Source: Octopus sinensis (Eukaryota). Taken from it: 29,293 nt of DNA. This document shows positions 11,405 through 21,016 of this stretch, piece by piece. Location: the NCBI RefSeq assembly GCF_006345805.1, contig NW_021832938.1, positions 1-29,293 on the forward strand, read 5' to 3'. A program made the position numbers and the translations under genes. The notes below the pieces were generated by a model. It made no database searches and was not told the DNA's origin. It worked only from the letters and a program-made list of their open reading frames with translations. How positions within the stretch are numbered: the first letter of the stretch is position 1; each line of letters starts with the position of its first letter.

Positions 11405-11516
11405 ACTTCCAATAATTCAGTGTCAAATTATGAGAGTTTACGAAAAAAAAACAAAAGACGAAGGCAGGTGGGTACAAAAACAAACTGATGTATAACGCTC
11501 AGGAATAGAAAAAGTA

Positions 11517-11550
11517 TTTTACGTTTCGACCCTACGCTCTTCTGCAGAAA
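11517..11550 (-). ncRNA. Minimal hammerhead-like motif, variant core (CUGCAGA), stem II with one mismatch
   Basis: Minus strand reads TTT CTGCAGA A GAGC-GTAG-GGTC GAAAC GTA AAA. Confidence 0.5.
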
Positions 11551-11994
11551 GGGACACAGAAAAAATCAAGGAGAGAAAAAAATTTGTGTGTAGTGGCTAA
11601 CGATCTCTAATATATATATAATATATAATATATATAATATATATATATTATATATATTATATACATATACATATATATTACAATATTATAATTAATATCA
11701 GGAATCAATATTAGAAAATTCTTCAGAAAGATATATGCGTATGTAAAATAATTGTTGTATTGAAAATATAATATGTATAAGTATGAATGTATAATGTATA
11801 AAATAAATATGTATATATTATCGCCCGTATTAAATATATAATACTTTAATAGTATTAATACTCTGATACAATAGACCACTCAATATAGATTCGTATATGA
11901 TATTCTCATTGAATATATTTAACTAAAGATATATATATATATATTATATATATATGTATATATAATCAAAATAAGTAACAAGTATATCCGAGGT

Positions 11995-12086
11995 AGAGCA
12001 GTACAATTGTTTCATGCTACTTCATTTTATTAAACACTGTAAGTATTACATCAGTTTTAAAATATCGAGTAATCTTCAGTCACTCT
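11995..12086 (-). ncRNA. Type I hammerhead-like motif, canonical core, extended stem II
   Basis: Minus strand reads AGAGTGA CTGAAGA ...AGCAT GAAAC AATT GTA CTGCTCT; stem III palindrome ACAAUUGU. Confidence 0.55.
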
Positions 12087-12270
12087 TAACATTTTCCAGT
12101 TAAACGGAAATGTATGTATGTACGTAGGTATGTATGTATACGAGTGAGTTGATAAACAAAAAGAAAGAATGAAATCAACCTCTCTGTCTATATATCTACC
12201 CTCTTGATAATGTTGGCAAATGAAATAGAGATAAGAATGTGCATTGTCCGTTTGACTGGAAAATTTTATA

Positions 12271-12339
12271 AGTGGCTGAAGATTGCTCGACATTTTAAAA
12301 CTGATGTAAAATGAAGTAGCATGAAACAATTGTACTGCT
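12271..12339 (+). ncRNA. Type I hammerhead-like motif, canonical core, extended stem II
   Basis: AGTGG CTGAAGA T TGCT-cga-CATTTTA-aaactgatg-TAAAATG-aagt-AGCA T GAAAC AATT GTA CTGCT. Predicted cut after 12334. Confidence 0.65.
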
Positions 12340-12410
12340 CTACCTCGGGTATATTTGTTGCTTATTTTGATTATAATCACCCCATTTGATTTATATGGAT
12401 AATACCATAC

Positions 12411-12453
<43 letters not shown>

Positions 12454-12674
12454 TATAACTTACACATATATATTATTTACAAGACTCTGATTCGATTCCG
12501 TGATACTTCAAGTTTCACACGCCCTTAAAGGGAAGCTGTCTCATTTGGGCTTCTTGAATGTCAGCATTGCAGAAACTTGAAGTAGCATGGAACTGAAACA
12601 AACTAGTTACATAACACATGTAACTTCTACTAAATGTGTTGAGCACCTTTTCCTTTCGTTTATCAATCCACTCG

Positions 12675-13035
12675 TACACATACATACCTACTTATATACA
12701 TACATACATACATACATACATGCATGCATACATACATACATACCTACGTACATACATACATACATACATACATACATACGTACATACATACATACATACA
12801 TACATACATACATACATACATACATACAATGCATACATACATGCATTCATACATACATACAACCACACATACATACATACTCACACACATACGCACATAC
12901 AGACATACATACGAATACAGACATACATATATGTATGTAATTATAAATACATGTACACACACACTTAGACACGTACACGCACACACACACACATATAGAC
13001 GCACGCACACACCCATACATATACGTACATACATA
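12675..13035. repeat. (CATA)n grading into (CA)n
   Basis: Directly visible. Confidence 0.95.
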
Positions 13036-13564
13036 TGAATTTTTAAATTATTGAAATATCAGATACCCTATTAAGCGTAGAATATGAATGGAGCGTGTAG
13101 CATAAACATAATCTGATAATATACTGTCAAGGGAGGTGGATGCAGATAGAAAGAGTGATAGTGAGAGATGGGACAGATTGAGCGAAAGTGTGATATAGAC
13201 AGTAAGAAAGGGGGAGTGAGGGATGTAGGGAGAGGAGGAAATAAACGAGGGAACAAAACCTTTGAAGAAACCAAAGAAAGGAGTCGTTTGAAGCTTAATG
13301 AATAACAACAGAAGCTTGTTGGTGTCGTTATGATTTCGATAATGACCCCCAAGGATATATATATAGTGGGTGTATACAGACTGTGTGACTTTGCATGTCT
13401 TTTCATCATCTCTGTTTGCATCTCGAAAAATGTTTGTCTAATTTGCAATCATGCATACGATGGTAATTGTACGCATGCGTTCACATATATATATATATTC
13501 ATTCTGGCACGCCTGTACAGACTCTGCGTGTATATTATACGTAGTGGTTTTTAGCCCTTTGAAT

Positions 13565-13591
13565 ATACATACATATATACATATATATATT

Positions 13592-13622
<31 letters not shown>

Positions 13623-13625
13623 TAA

Positions 13626-13660
<35 letters not shown>

Positions 13661-13778
13661 ACATACATATATATATATATACATACATATATACATATAA
13701 TATATATACATATATATTATATATATATATATATATAATATATATATATATATGTGTGTGGTGTGTGTGTGTTGTGTG

Positions 13779-13810
<32 letters not shown>

Positions 13811-13812
13811 AT
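13565..13812. repeat. (TA)n/(TG)n/(TATG)n
   Basis: Directly visible. Confidence 0.95.
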
Positions 13813-13970
13813 ATTCAAAGGGCTAGAACCACTAGGGGTCAGCCGTATGCTAGAAGTAGATCGCCTACGATCAAAACTACAAAGAAAGAATGTCTCTAGA
13901 GGAAAATTCAGCGGAACACCAGAACAATATGCGAGCAAGACTGATGAAAATTATAAAAAAAAAACAGAAT
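13807..13970 (-). mobile_element. Family G-related 3' fragment, lacking the hammerhead
   Basis: GAACCACTAGG...GCTAGAAG.AGATCGCCTACGATC..AACTACAAAGAAAG...GAACACCAGAAC...GCAAGACTGATGAAAATTATA is colinear with the reverse complement of 11000-11130. Confidence 0.75.
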
Positions 13971-13974
13971 ATAT

Positions 13975-14029
<55 letters not shown>

Positions 14030-14234
14030 ATATATATAATATAATATAATATATATATATACATATATATATGGAGGGTATGGGAGGTAATGTGTGCAAT
14101 GAGACCCAAAAGTGTCGGTAATGCTGAATAAGTGCTATGGATAGACCATAGTTAAGCTCCAGTTTCGGTGATTATTGCTTGTTTCCCTTGATTTCTCTTA
14201 AGCTTTTTTAAAGTAAACATTACACCGCATTTTA

Positions 14235-14402
14235 TTCGTTGTCGTCGTCGTCGTCGTCATCGCCGTCGTCCTCCCATTCCTCCTCCTCCTCCTGCTCCCC
14301 TTGTTCATCTTCATCCTCATCCTCATCATCGTCATCGTAATCATCGTCGTCGTCATTATAATCATCATCATTATTCTCATCGTCAATATCATCATCATCA
14401 TC
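14235..14402. repeat. Compound trinucleotide repeat (CGT/CCT/CAT)n
   Basis: Directly visible. Confidence 0.9.
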
Positions 14403-14509
14403 CTGTTTTTGCTCAATAAAACACTAACATTGCCCGGTCTGGGAATCGAAACTGCGTTCTCACGACCGCGAGTCCGCTGCCCTAACCACTCGACCATTTT
14501 CGCCTCCAC
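14403..14509 (-). mobile_element. SINE family F tRNA-like head, 3' truncated
   Basis: Reverse complement GTGGAGGCGAAAATGGTCGAGTGGTTAGGGCAGCGGACTCGCGG...GTTTCGATTCCCAGACCGGGC matches 22125-22200 and 22488-22580. Confidence 0.85.
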
Positions 14510-15022
14510 TTGATTGTTGCTTCGTCGCTTCGTCGCTTCGTCTCTTCGCCGTTCATCTTCACCGCCGTCTTCGCGGATCATTGCCATGTTTAGTGCCGTC
14601 TCAACCAACTCTTGCAACTACAGTAAAACTGCATTTAACTTAAACTGCATTTCTTTTGTAACATAATACACTATCGTGACCTCATTTACCGATTCTCTTG
14701 AACAAATAATTTCCAATTATAATTGAATTTATTAAGAAATAACTTCTCGTATTTACCGGTCTTTCTTTTTCTTCGGCGTTTTTCACTTTAATTAGATTAC
14801 TTAGTCTGGACATAAACACCAACAGTATAACTCAATAAGCTTTTCGTGATGTCGATATTCTGAATAACAATAGCAGTTAAGCCTGTCTGTCTTCTTACAT
14901 GCATTGCCTAGTATCGTGAATACTTACTGATGTTATTTTTCTACTTAGATTACATAAGCATTTGTCATGAAACATTTAGTTTTTATACCCAATGCACTAC
15001 GGTATTGATAATGATAATTAGT

Positions 15023-15186
15023 AGGCGTAGGAGTGGCTGTGTGGTATGTAGCTTGCTTACGAACCCCATTATTTTTGGTTCAGTCCCACTGCGTGTCACC
15101 TTGGGCAAGTGCCTTCTACTATAGTCTCGGGCCGGCCAAAGCCTTGTGAGTGGATTTGGTAGACGGAAACTGAAAGAAGCCCGTCG

Positions 15187-15244
<58 letters not shown>

Positions 15245-15470
15245 TGTGTGTCTGTGTGTGCGTATGTGTTTGTGTGTCTGTGTTTGTCCTCCCAACATCG
15301 CTTGACAACGGATGCTGGTGTGTTTACGTCTCCGTAACTCTAGCGGTTCGGCAAAAGAGAGCGATAGAATAAGTACTAGGCTTACAAAGAATAAGTCCCA
15401 GGGTCGATTTGGTCGACTAAAGGCGGTGCTCCAGCATGGCCACAGTCAAATGACTGAAACATGTAAAAGA
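15023..15470 (+). mobile_element. SINE family A, full length, young
   Basis: AGGCGTAGGAGTGGCTGTGTGG...GGTTCAGTCCC...CAGTCAAATGACTGAAACATGTAAAAGA; near reverse complement of 20569-21016. Confidence 0.9.
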
Positions 15471-15699
15471 AGGGGCGGAGATGTAGAGGCGTATGAAGGG
15501 AAGAGAAGAAAATCGACAGTCGACAAAGGATACTCTGTGTAACATGATGTTTGTCTTTGTGTAGCAACTGTATTTCCTGTTTGCTTAACCCCAAAAAGTA
15601 TCGAAAAATGGCCAATATTTCTCACCTTGCTAGTGGGGCCCAGTTAGAATTTTCTTCATGTTGATTAGTCCATGCCGCTCAAATGGTCCCTGAATGAGA

Positions 15700-15900
15700 T
15701 CTGTTTAGGAATGATGAACGAAACACCCATGTTTCCAGGGGTTAATCATTCCAACCCCAAAGAATCCCTCTCTATGATGCTCCACCACTACTCCTACTCA
15801 TAATCAGAGATGCACATATTGTCAGAGGGACGTGCTCAACTGATTAAGGCCGAGCAACTGACAAGCAAATCTGTGGTTTTGAGCATGGTATTTGCTACAA
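15700..15900. repeat. Probable interspersed repeat fragment
   Basis: Recalled as an octopus repeat (GAACGAAACACCCATGTTTCCAG...CAACTGACAAGCAAATCTGTGG). Single copy here, so it cannot be verified within the window. Confidence 0.35.
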
Positions 15901-16649
15901 TATTTCTGCTTCAGCGCTGAATCTGTCTGAAATATAATGGAAAATAGGTCATTTTCAAACCTTGACAACCGTTGATGCAAATATGCGATCACACTTTTGC
16001 TTGCCTTCCCGCGGTTAACGTAAATATACGTTGTTATGCTGCCCTACATTTCACGGACCTTTTAGCTGACGTATATTTACGTTCGCTGTTGTGTACTTTA
16101 AATCTTGAGGTGCGCTCACTCGCCGTCCTGTGCATTATCTTAGCTATAGCTATTTTAGGTAATGTTCAAGTCATGAGACTAGCAGTAGACCAATGACATG
16201 CGGATACTTTACATGCATAATACCGTGTTTTAAGTTGTACCACACGCAAGCTATTTTCTGAACTTGAGCTGAATAACTCGTGCATATCTTATGATAAATA
16301 GCTTCGCATAGTTCGTTTTCATAAACCGGTCGACGTAAATGTACGACGCTATGTTATTGTAACGGTGAACGTAAAAAGACGCGAGCTCGTTGGCACTTGT
16401 CTGTATGCGTGGCCTCATTAGATAAAAAAAAAACCCGGAGCAGTGTCTCGTATCCTTCGGGTAATACCGGCGTCAAGGGGTCCAAGTCACAAAAGCAAAG
16501 TTTGAAGGGAATAGTAGTCACTTCCTTTGATTTCTAGATAGAAGCAAATAGGAGACAACACTTACTAAGCAAAGAGAAACAAATTTTAAAGTTTGTTACA
16601 CAGTGTAATGATGCAATCTATAGAGCACACGTCTATTATAAAACCACGA

Positions 16650-16876
16650 CAAGCGACCATTTACGGGATGAGTATAACAACGTAGCTTTCGCGCCGGTGC
16701 AACCGCCAGTCTATCGCGTGTGGTGGGTGGATCGTCAAATTGCCACACATGCATTCTTAGTAGCTTAGAGTAGGCTCGAATTAGAGATTATTCTTTGTGG
16801 CTAATGGCGTGAGTCCTGATTGGAAGAAAGAAGAAGAAGAAGAAGAAGAAGAAGAAGAAGAAGAAGAAGAAGAAGA
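16650..16876 (+). mobile_element. 5'-truncated SINE F tail type 2 ending in (GAA)n
   Basis: Aligns with 17620-17790, 22780-22900 and the reverse complement of 19139-19256. Confidence 0.85.
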
Positions 16877-17455
16877 CAGCAACAACTGAGTGAAAGATCT
16901 GCTTATAGAGATAAGATTTGTTCATAAAAATAAAGAAATTTGAAAATATGAGCTCAGCCAGAGATAATGGTATCTAGAATATGTGAATTGAAAACAAAAT
17001 TACACGTTATAATAATAGGATCCTTGGGAGTGATTAAATAAAATGCAGACAAACTATAGACAAGGCCAAATCTATGGACACCTACATGGATGTAAGAAGA
17101 TAGATAACTCACAAAGAATAACAGAGATAGTAGACCTATTAGGGAACTTGAAAGGTTTGTTAAGATAAAGGAAAACAATGTTTATTATCTGGATTGAGGA
17201 AAGTCGATGGCGAATGCTTATATAAACTGAAAAGGGTTACCAAGAAATACGAAAGAGAGAAAGTTAAGATAAATGTTGCGTGATTAGTTTGACAGGTAAA
17301 TTGTAGAAAAAGTAGAAGAAAGAAAATATTTTGTAGCTAAGATGGTGGACTAACGTAGGAAGATTTGAAAAAAATTGTACAGAGATTTTACCAAAGAAGC
17401 GAAGGAAAAACAAACGTTGCAGATGCTTAACCAGACAGATATTCTTTCTTTTATT

Positions 17456-17959
17456 CCGCTGTACTCTTTCACCACAACTTTCTCTCACTCTTCCTTCCTA
17501 CTTCTGCCACAAAGCAGAGGAACCATGGTGTAACCCACTATGGTGTGGTAAACTTTCAGACCCTAGTCTAGATTGCGAATCCTCTGTACCCCAGGATGGT
17601 TCAACTCTCCACCTGTTAAAAGCCACCGTTTACGGAATGAGGATAACAACGTAGCTTTCGCGCCCATGCAACCGCCAGTCTATCGCGTGTGGATCTTCAA
17701 GTTGCCACAGACGTATTCTTAGTAGCTTAGAGTAGGCTCGAATTAGAGATTATTGTTTGTGGTCATGGCGTGAGTCCTGATTGGAAGAAGAAGTAGAAGT
17801 AGAAGAAGAAGAAGAAGAAGAAGAAGAAGAAGAGAAGAAGGATGATGAGGATGAAGAGAAGGAGGAGGAGAAGAAGGAGGAGGATAAGGAGGAGGAGGAG
17901 GGGAAGAAGATGAAGGAGGAGAAGAAGAAGGAGGAGGAGGAGAAGTAGAAGGAGGAGGA

Positions 17960-17991
<32 letters not shown>

Positions 17992-18130
17992 AGAAGACGA
18001 AGGAGGAGGAGGTGGAGGAGAAGGAGAAGAAGATGAAGCAGAAGAAGAAGAAGAAGAAGAAGAAGAAAAAGAAGAAAAAGAAGAAGAAGAAGAAGAGCAG
18101 CAGCAACAGCAGCAACAGCAGCAGCAACAA
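17456..18130 (+). mobile_element. 5'-truncated SINE F (core plus tail type 2) with ~340-nt expanded (GAA/GGA)n tail
   Basis: 17456-17783 is colinear with 22630-22900 and 16650-16822; purine tract at 17784-18095. Confidence 0.85.
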
Positions 18131-18605
18131 TGAGGAAATGATCTCACTCGAGATAAAAGATAAGAAAGAGATAACCAATGTGAGAAAAGGTGAATCGAGT
18201 TAAGAACTTCACAAGAAAATTTGTAAATTAATATGAAAAACCAAATTAGTGATCCGGTGAGAGAATCTGTCTATTTTCAGAATATCGGTAATAATAGAGT
18301 CTGGAAGACATTGCAGCAAGCATCATCGTCTGATAAATTTTATTCTAAATAAGATTTAAATTGCTTGATGTAATTGATGATTGTCTAGTTTGGGTTAGGA
18401 ATTCGTAACCGTGACCAGACAAATATTTTGATACTCAATCAAAACAGATTGATGTTGTGATGTTTGGCCGTGACACACAGACAGACAATGCATCCAATTA
18501 AATAACTGATTGCTGAATTGAATCTGTTCATAATTTATGAAGACCGAAGAAAAACAAACGGTTGCTGCAATAATTGGTGCATTGGGTATTATAAAGACAA
18601 AAGCA

Positions 18606-18862
18606 TACTCTTTTACTCTTTTACTCTTTTACTTGTTTCAGTCAATTTGACTGCGGCCATGCTGGAGCACCGCCTTTAGTCGAGCAAATCGACCCCAAGA
18701 CTTATTCTTTTTGTAAGCCCAGTACTTATTATATCGGTCTCTTTTTGCCGAACCAGGGATGTAAATACACCAGCATCGGTTGTCAAGCGATGTTGGGGGG
18801 ACAAACACAGACACACAAGCAAACATTTATATATACACATACATATATATACGACGGGCTTC
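18606..18862 (-). mobile_element. SINE family A 3' half, broken at GGGCTTCTT
   Basis: TACTCTTTTACTCTTTTAC...CGACGGGCTTCTT matches 20569-20862 and then merges into (CTT)n. Confidence 0.9.
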
Positions 18863-19375
18863 TTCTTCTTCTTCTTCTTCTTCTTCTTCTTCTTCTTCTT
18901 CTTCTTCTCTTCTTCTGCTTCTTCTTCTTCTTCTTCTTCTTCTTCTCCACCTCCTCCCCTTCTGCTTCTCCTCCTCCTCCTCCTCCTCCTTCTTCTTCTT
19001 CTTCTTCTTCTTCTTCTTCTCCTTCTCTTCCTCATTCTCCTCCTCCTGCTTCTTCTTCTCCTGTTTCTTCTTCTCCACTTCCTTCTTCTTCTTCTTCTTC
19101 TTCTTCTTCTACTTCTTCTTCTTCTTCTTCTTCTCCTCCCAATCAGGACTCACGCCATTAGCCACAAAGAATAATCTCTACTTGGAGCCTACTCTAAGCT
19201 ACTAAGAATGGGTGTGGCAACTTGAAGGTCCACCCGCCCGCCACACGCGATAGACTTCTTCTTCTCCTCCTTTTTCTCCTCCTCCTCCTCTCCTTCCTCT
19301 TCTTCTTCTTCATCTTCAGCATCATAATCGCCACCCCTCCTCCTCCTCTGGAGGTGGCGTAGGAGGAGGAGTATC
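18860..19375 (-). mobile_element. SINE F tail type 2 (19139-19256) embedded in (CTT/CCT)n tracts
   Basis: 19139-19256 is the reverse complement of ~16710-16823. Confidence 0.85.
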
Positions 19376-19979
19376 AGACTATTATAGATAGGGGGCTGAA
19401 GGAAGAGGAAATGTTTTATGTGTGTGCGGTTCAAAGACGAATAATTATAAGCGCTCGACGACATAACTGCGGTGTAGAAGAAACACTAGCAAGTATATTG
19501 AATAACCATTAGTACGATACAAAAAAAATTGCCAACGAAACAAGTGGCGCAGCTGGTGTTTTTTTTTTTTTTTTTGCAGAACGATGTGATGGGTGTCCTT
19601 GAATGTAATAGAATAGTTCTATTGTAAATAAGGATGAATATTAGATTTTATATTAGTGGAATCGTGGCTTGAAATAAATGATAAGAATCATATAAACGTT
19701 TGTAAGTAATTGCTAAAAATTGATAAGATTAGGAAGAAAGGATATAAAATATGATAAGGAAATAATATATCAAAGATTATAGATGGGTTTGAAGCCAAAA
19801 TAAATTATAGTGAAATAATGGGGCTTATTAACAAGAAACAATGGATAAAACAATATCAGTTCTTTTTGTAGTTGATGGTGTTGTTGTTGCTGCTATTGTT
19901 ATTATAATAGTTGTTATTATTAAAACTTACCCTTTCACCGAATTTGCAGAGCTTCTGCCAAAATTTGAAACCAATATTC

Positions 19980-20482
19980 TAAGGCAGCAAGCTTGGCAGA
20001 ATCTTTAACACGCCGGGTTAATATAAATAAATATAAATAAGTATAAATGCGCCCTTTTAAAGCCTAGCCAGGCTCATGGGCCCGGTTTCCCGGTTTCAAT
20101 GGCGTATGTGTTCCCCAGCTGGACGGGACGCCAGTCCATCGCAGCGTTACGCATTTTTGCCAGCTGAGTGGACTGGAGCAACGTGAAATGAAGTGTTTAT
20201 CTCAAGAACACAACGCGTCAGCCGGTCCAGGAATCGAAACCACAATCTTACGATCATGATGCTGACACCCTAACCACTAAGCCACGCGCCTCCTCGCTAG
20301 GTACAATACTTATCGATATTTTGTCCATCTCTAAGTTCTGAGTTTAAATTCTGCCGAGATCGACTTTGCCTTTCATCCTTTCGGGAGTTGATGTAATCGA
20401 TTAGCCCCCTACCCCCAAATTTCAGGCTTTGTGCCTATAGCAGAAAGGATTATTAAGGCGGCGAGCTGGCAGAATCGTTTGG
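19980..20482 (+). mobile_element. SINE family B interrupted by a family D insertion, followed by a second B head (20455-20482)
   Basis: Head AAGGCAGCAAGCTTGGCAGAATC...CACGCCGGGT, resuming at ~20303 with ...GTTCTGAGTTTAAATTCTGCCGAGATCGACTTTGCCTTTCATCCTTTCGGG. Confidence 0.8.
20019..20293 (-). mobile_element. tRNA-derived SINE family D, full length
   Basis: Reverse complement starts GGAGGCGCGTGGCTTAGTGG (A box)...GGTTTCGATTCC (B box), contains CTGCGATGGACTGGCGTCCCGTCCAG (resembles a V-SINE-type motif, from memory) and ends in an (ATTTAT)n-like tail. Confidence 0.85.
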
Positions 20483-20568
20483 CCGGCCGGCCTCTTCGTG
20501 AACTTGTGGGACACAAAGCTAAGACAACCCTTTGGTGAACAGTGGTATTACTTTACTGTAGATATAGT

Positions 20569-20762
20569 CTTTTACTTTTACTTATTTCAGTCATTTGACT
20601 GCGGCCATGCTGGAGCACCGCCTTTAGTCGAGCAAATCGACCCCAGGACTTATTCTCTGTAAGCCTAGTACTTATTCTATCGGTCTCTTTTGTTGAATCG
20701 TTAACTTACGAGGACGTAAACACACCAACATCGGTTGACAAGCGATGGCGGGGGGACAAACA

Positions 20763-20805
<43 letters not shown>

Positions 20806-21016
20806 ACACACAAACACACACACACACACATATATATACATATACATGTATACGACGGGCTTCTTTCAGTTTCCGTCTACCAAATCCACTCACAAGGCTT
20901 TGGTCGGCCCGAGGCTATAGTAGAAGACACTTGCCCAAGGTGCCACGCAGTGGGACTGAACCCAGAACCATGTGGTTGGTAGGCAAGCTATTTACCACAC
21001 AGCCACTCCTGCGCCT
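20569..21016 (-). mobile_element. SINE family A, full length, young
   Basis: Near reverse complement of 15023-15470, with internal (CA)n(TA)n. Confidence 0.9.

Larger units (their letters stand above)
11188..11607 (-). mobile_element. Repeat family E, long form (E3) with two hammerhead motifs
   Basis: 11430-11607 matches E1/E2 in reverse and then continues ~240 nt further to a (TA)n tract. Confidence 0.8.
11961..12375. mobile_element. Repeat family H: back-to-back inverted pair of ~135-150 nt hammerhead-bearing arms
   Basis: Arm 11961-12113 is the reverse complement of arm 12242-12375, apart from scattered mismatches and a 19-nt insertion at 12030-12048. Spacer ~130 nt. Confidence 0.85.

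Noticed and set aside
11961-12375. Tc1/mariner MITE interpretation of the inverted repeat
   Set aside because: Termini lack recognisable CAGT/CAGG-type ends, the TA flanks are explained by (TA)n, and each arm contains a hammerhead core. Kept only as the alternative hypothesis.
14620-14645. TA|CAGTAAAAC (also TA|CAGGGTG near 8015 and TA|CAGTGGACCC near 29208) as DNA-transposon ends
   Set aside because: No matching opposite terminal repeat was found in the window.
16765-16782. AGAGTAGGCTCGAA in F tail 2 resembling the family E stem II
   Set aside because: No CUGNNGA upstream and no GAAAC; the match is too short to infer homology.
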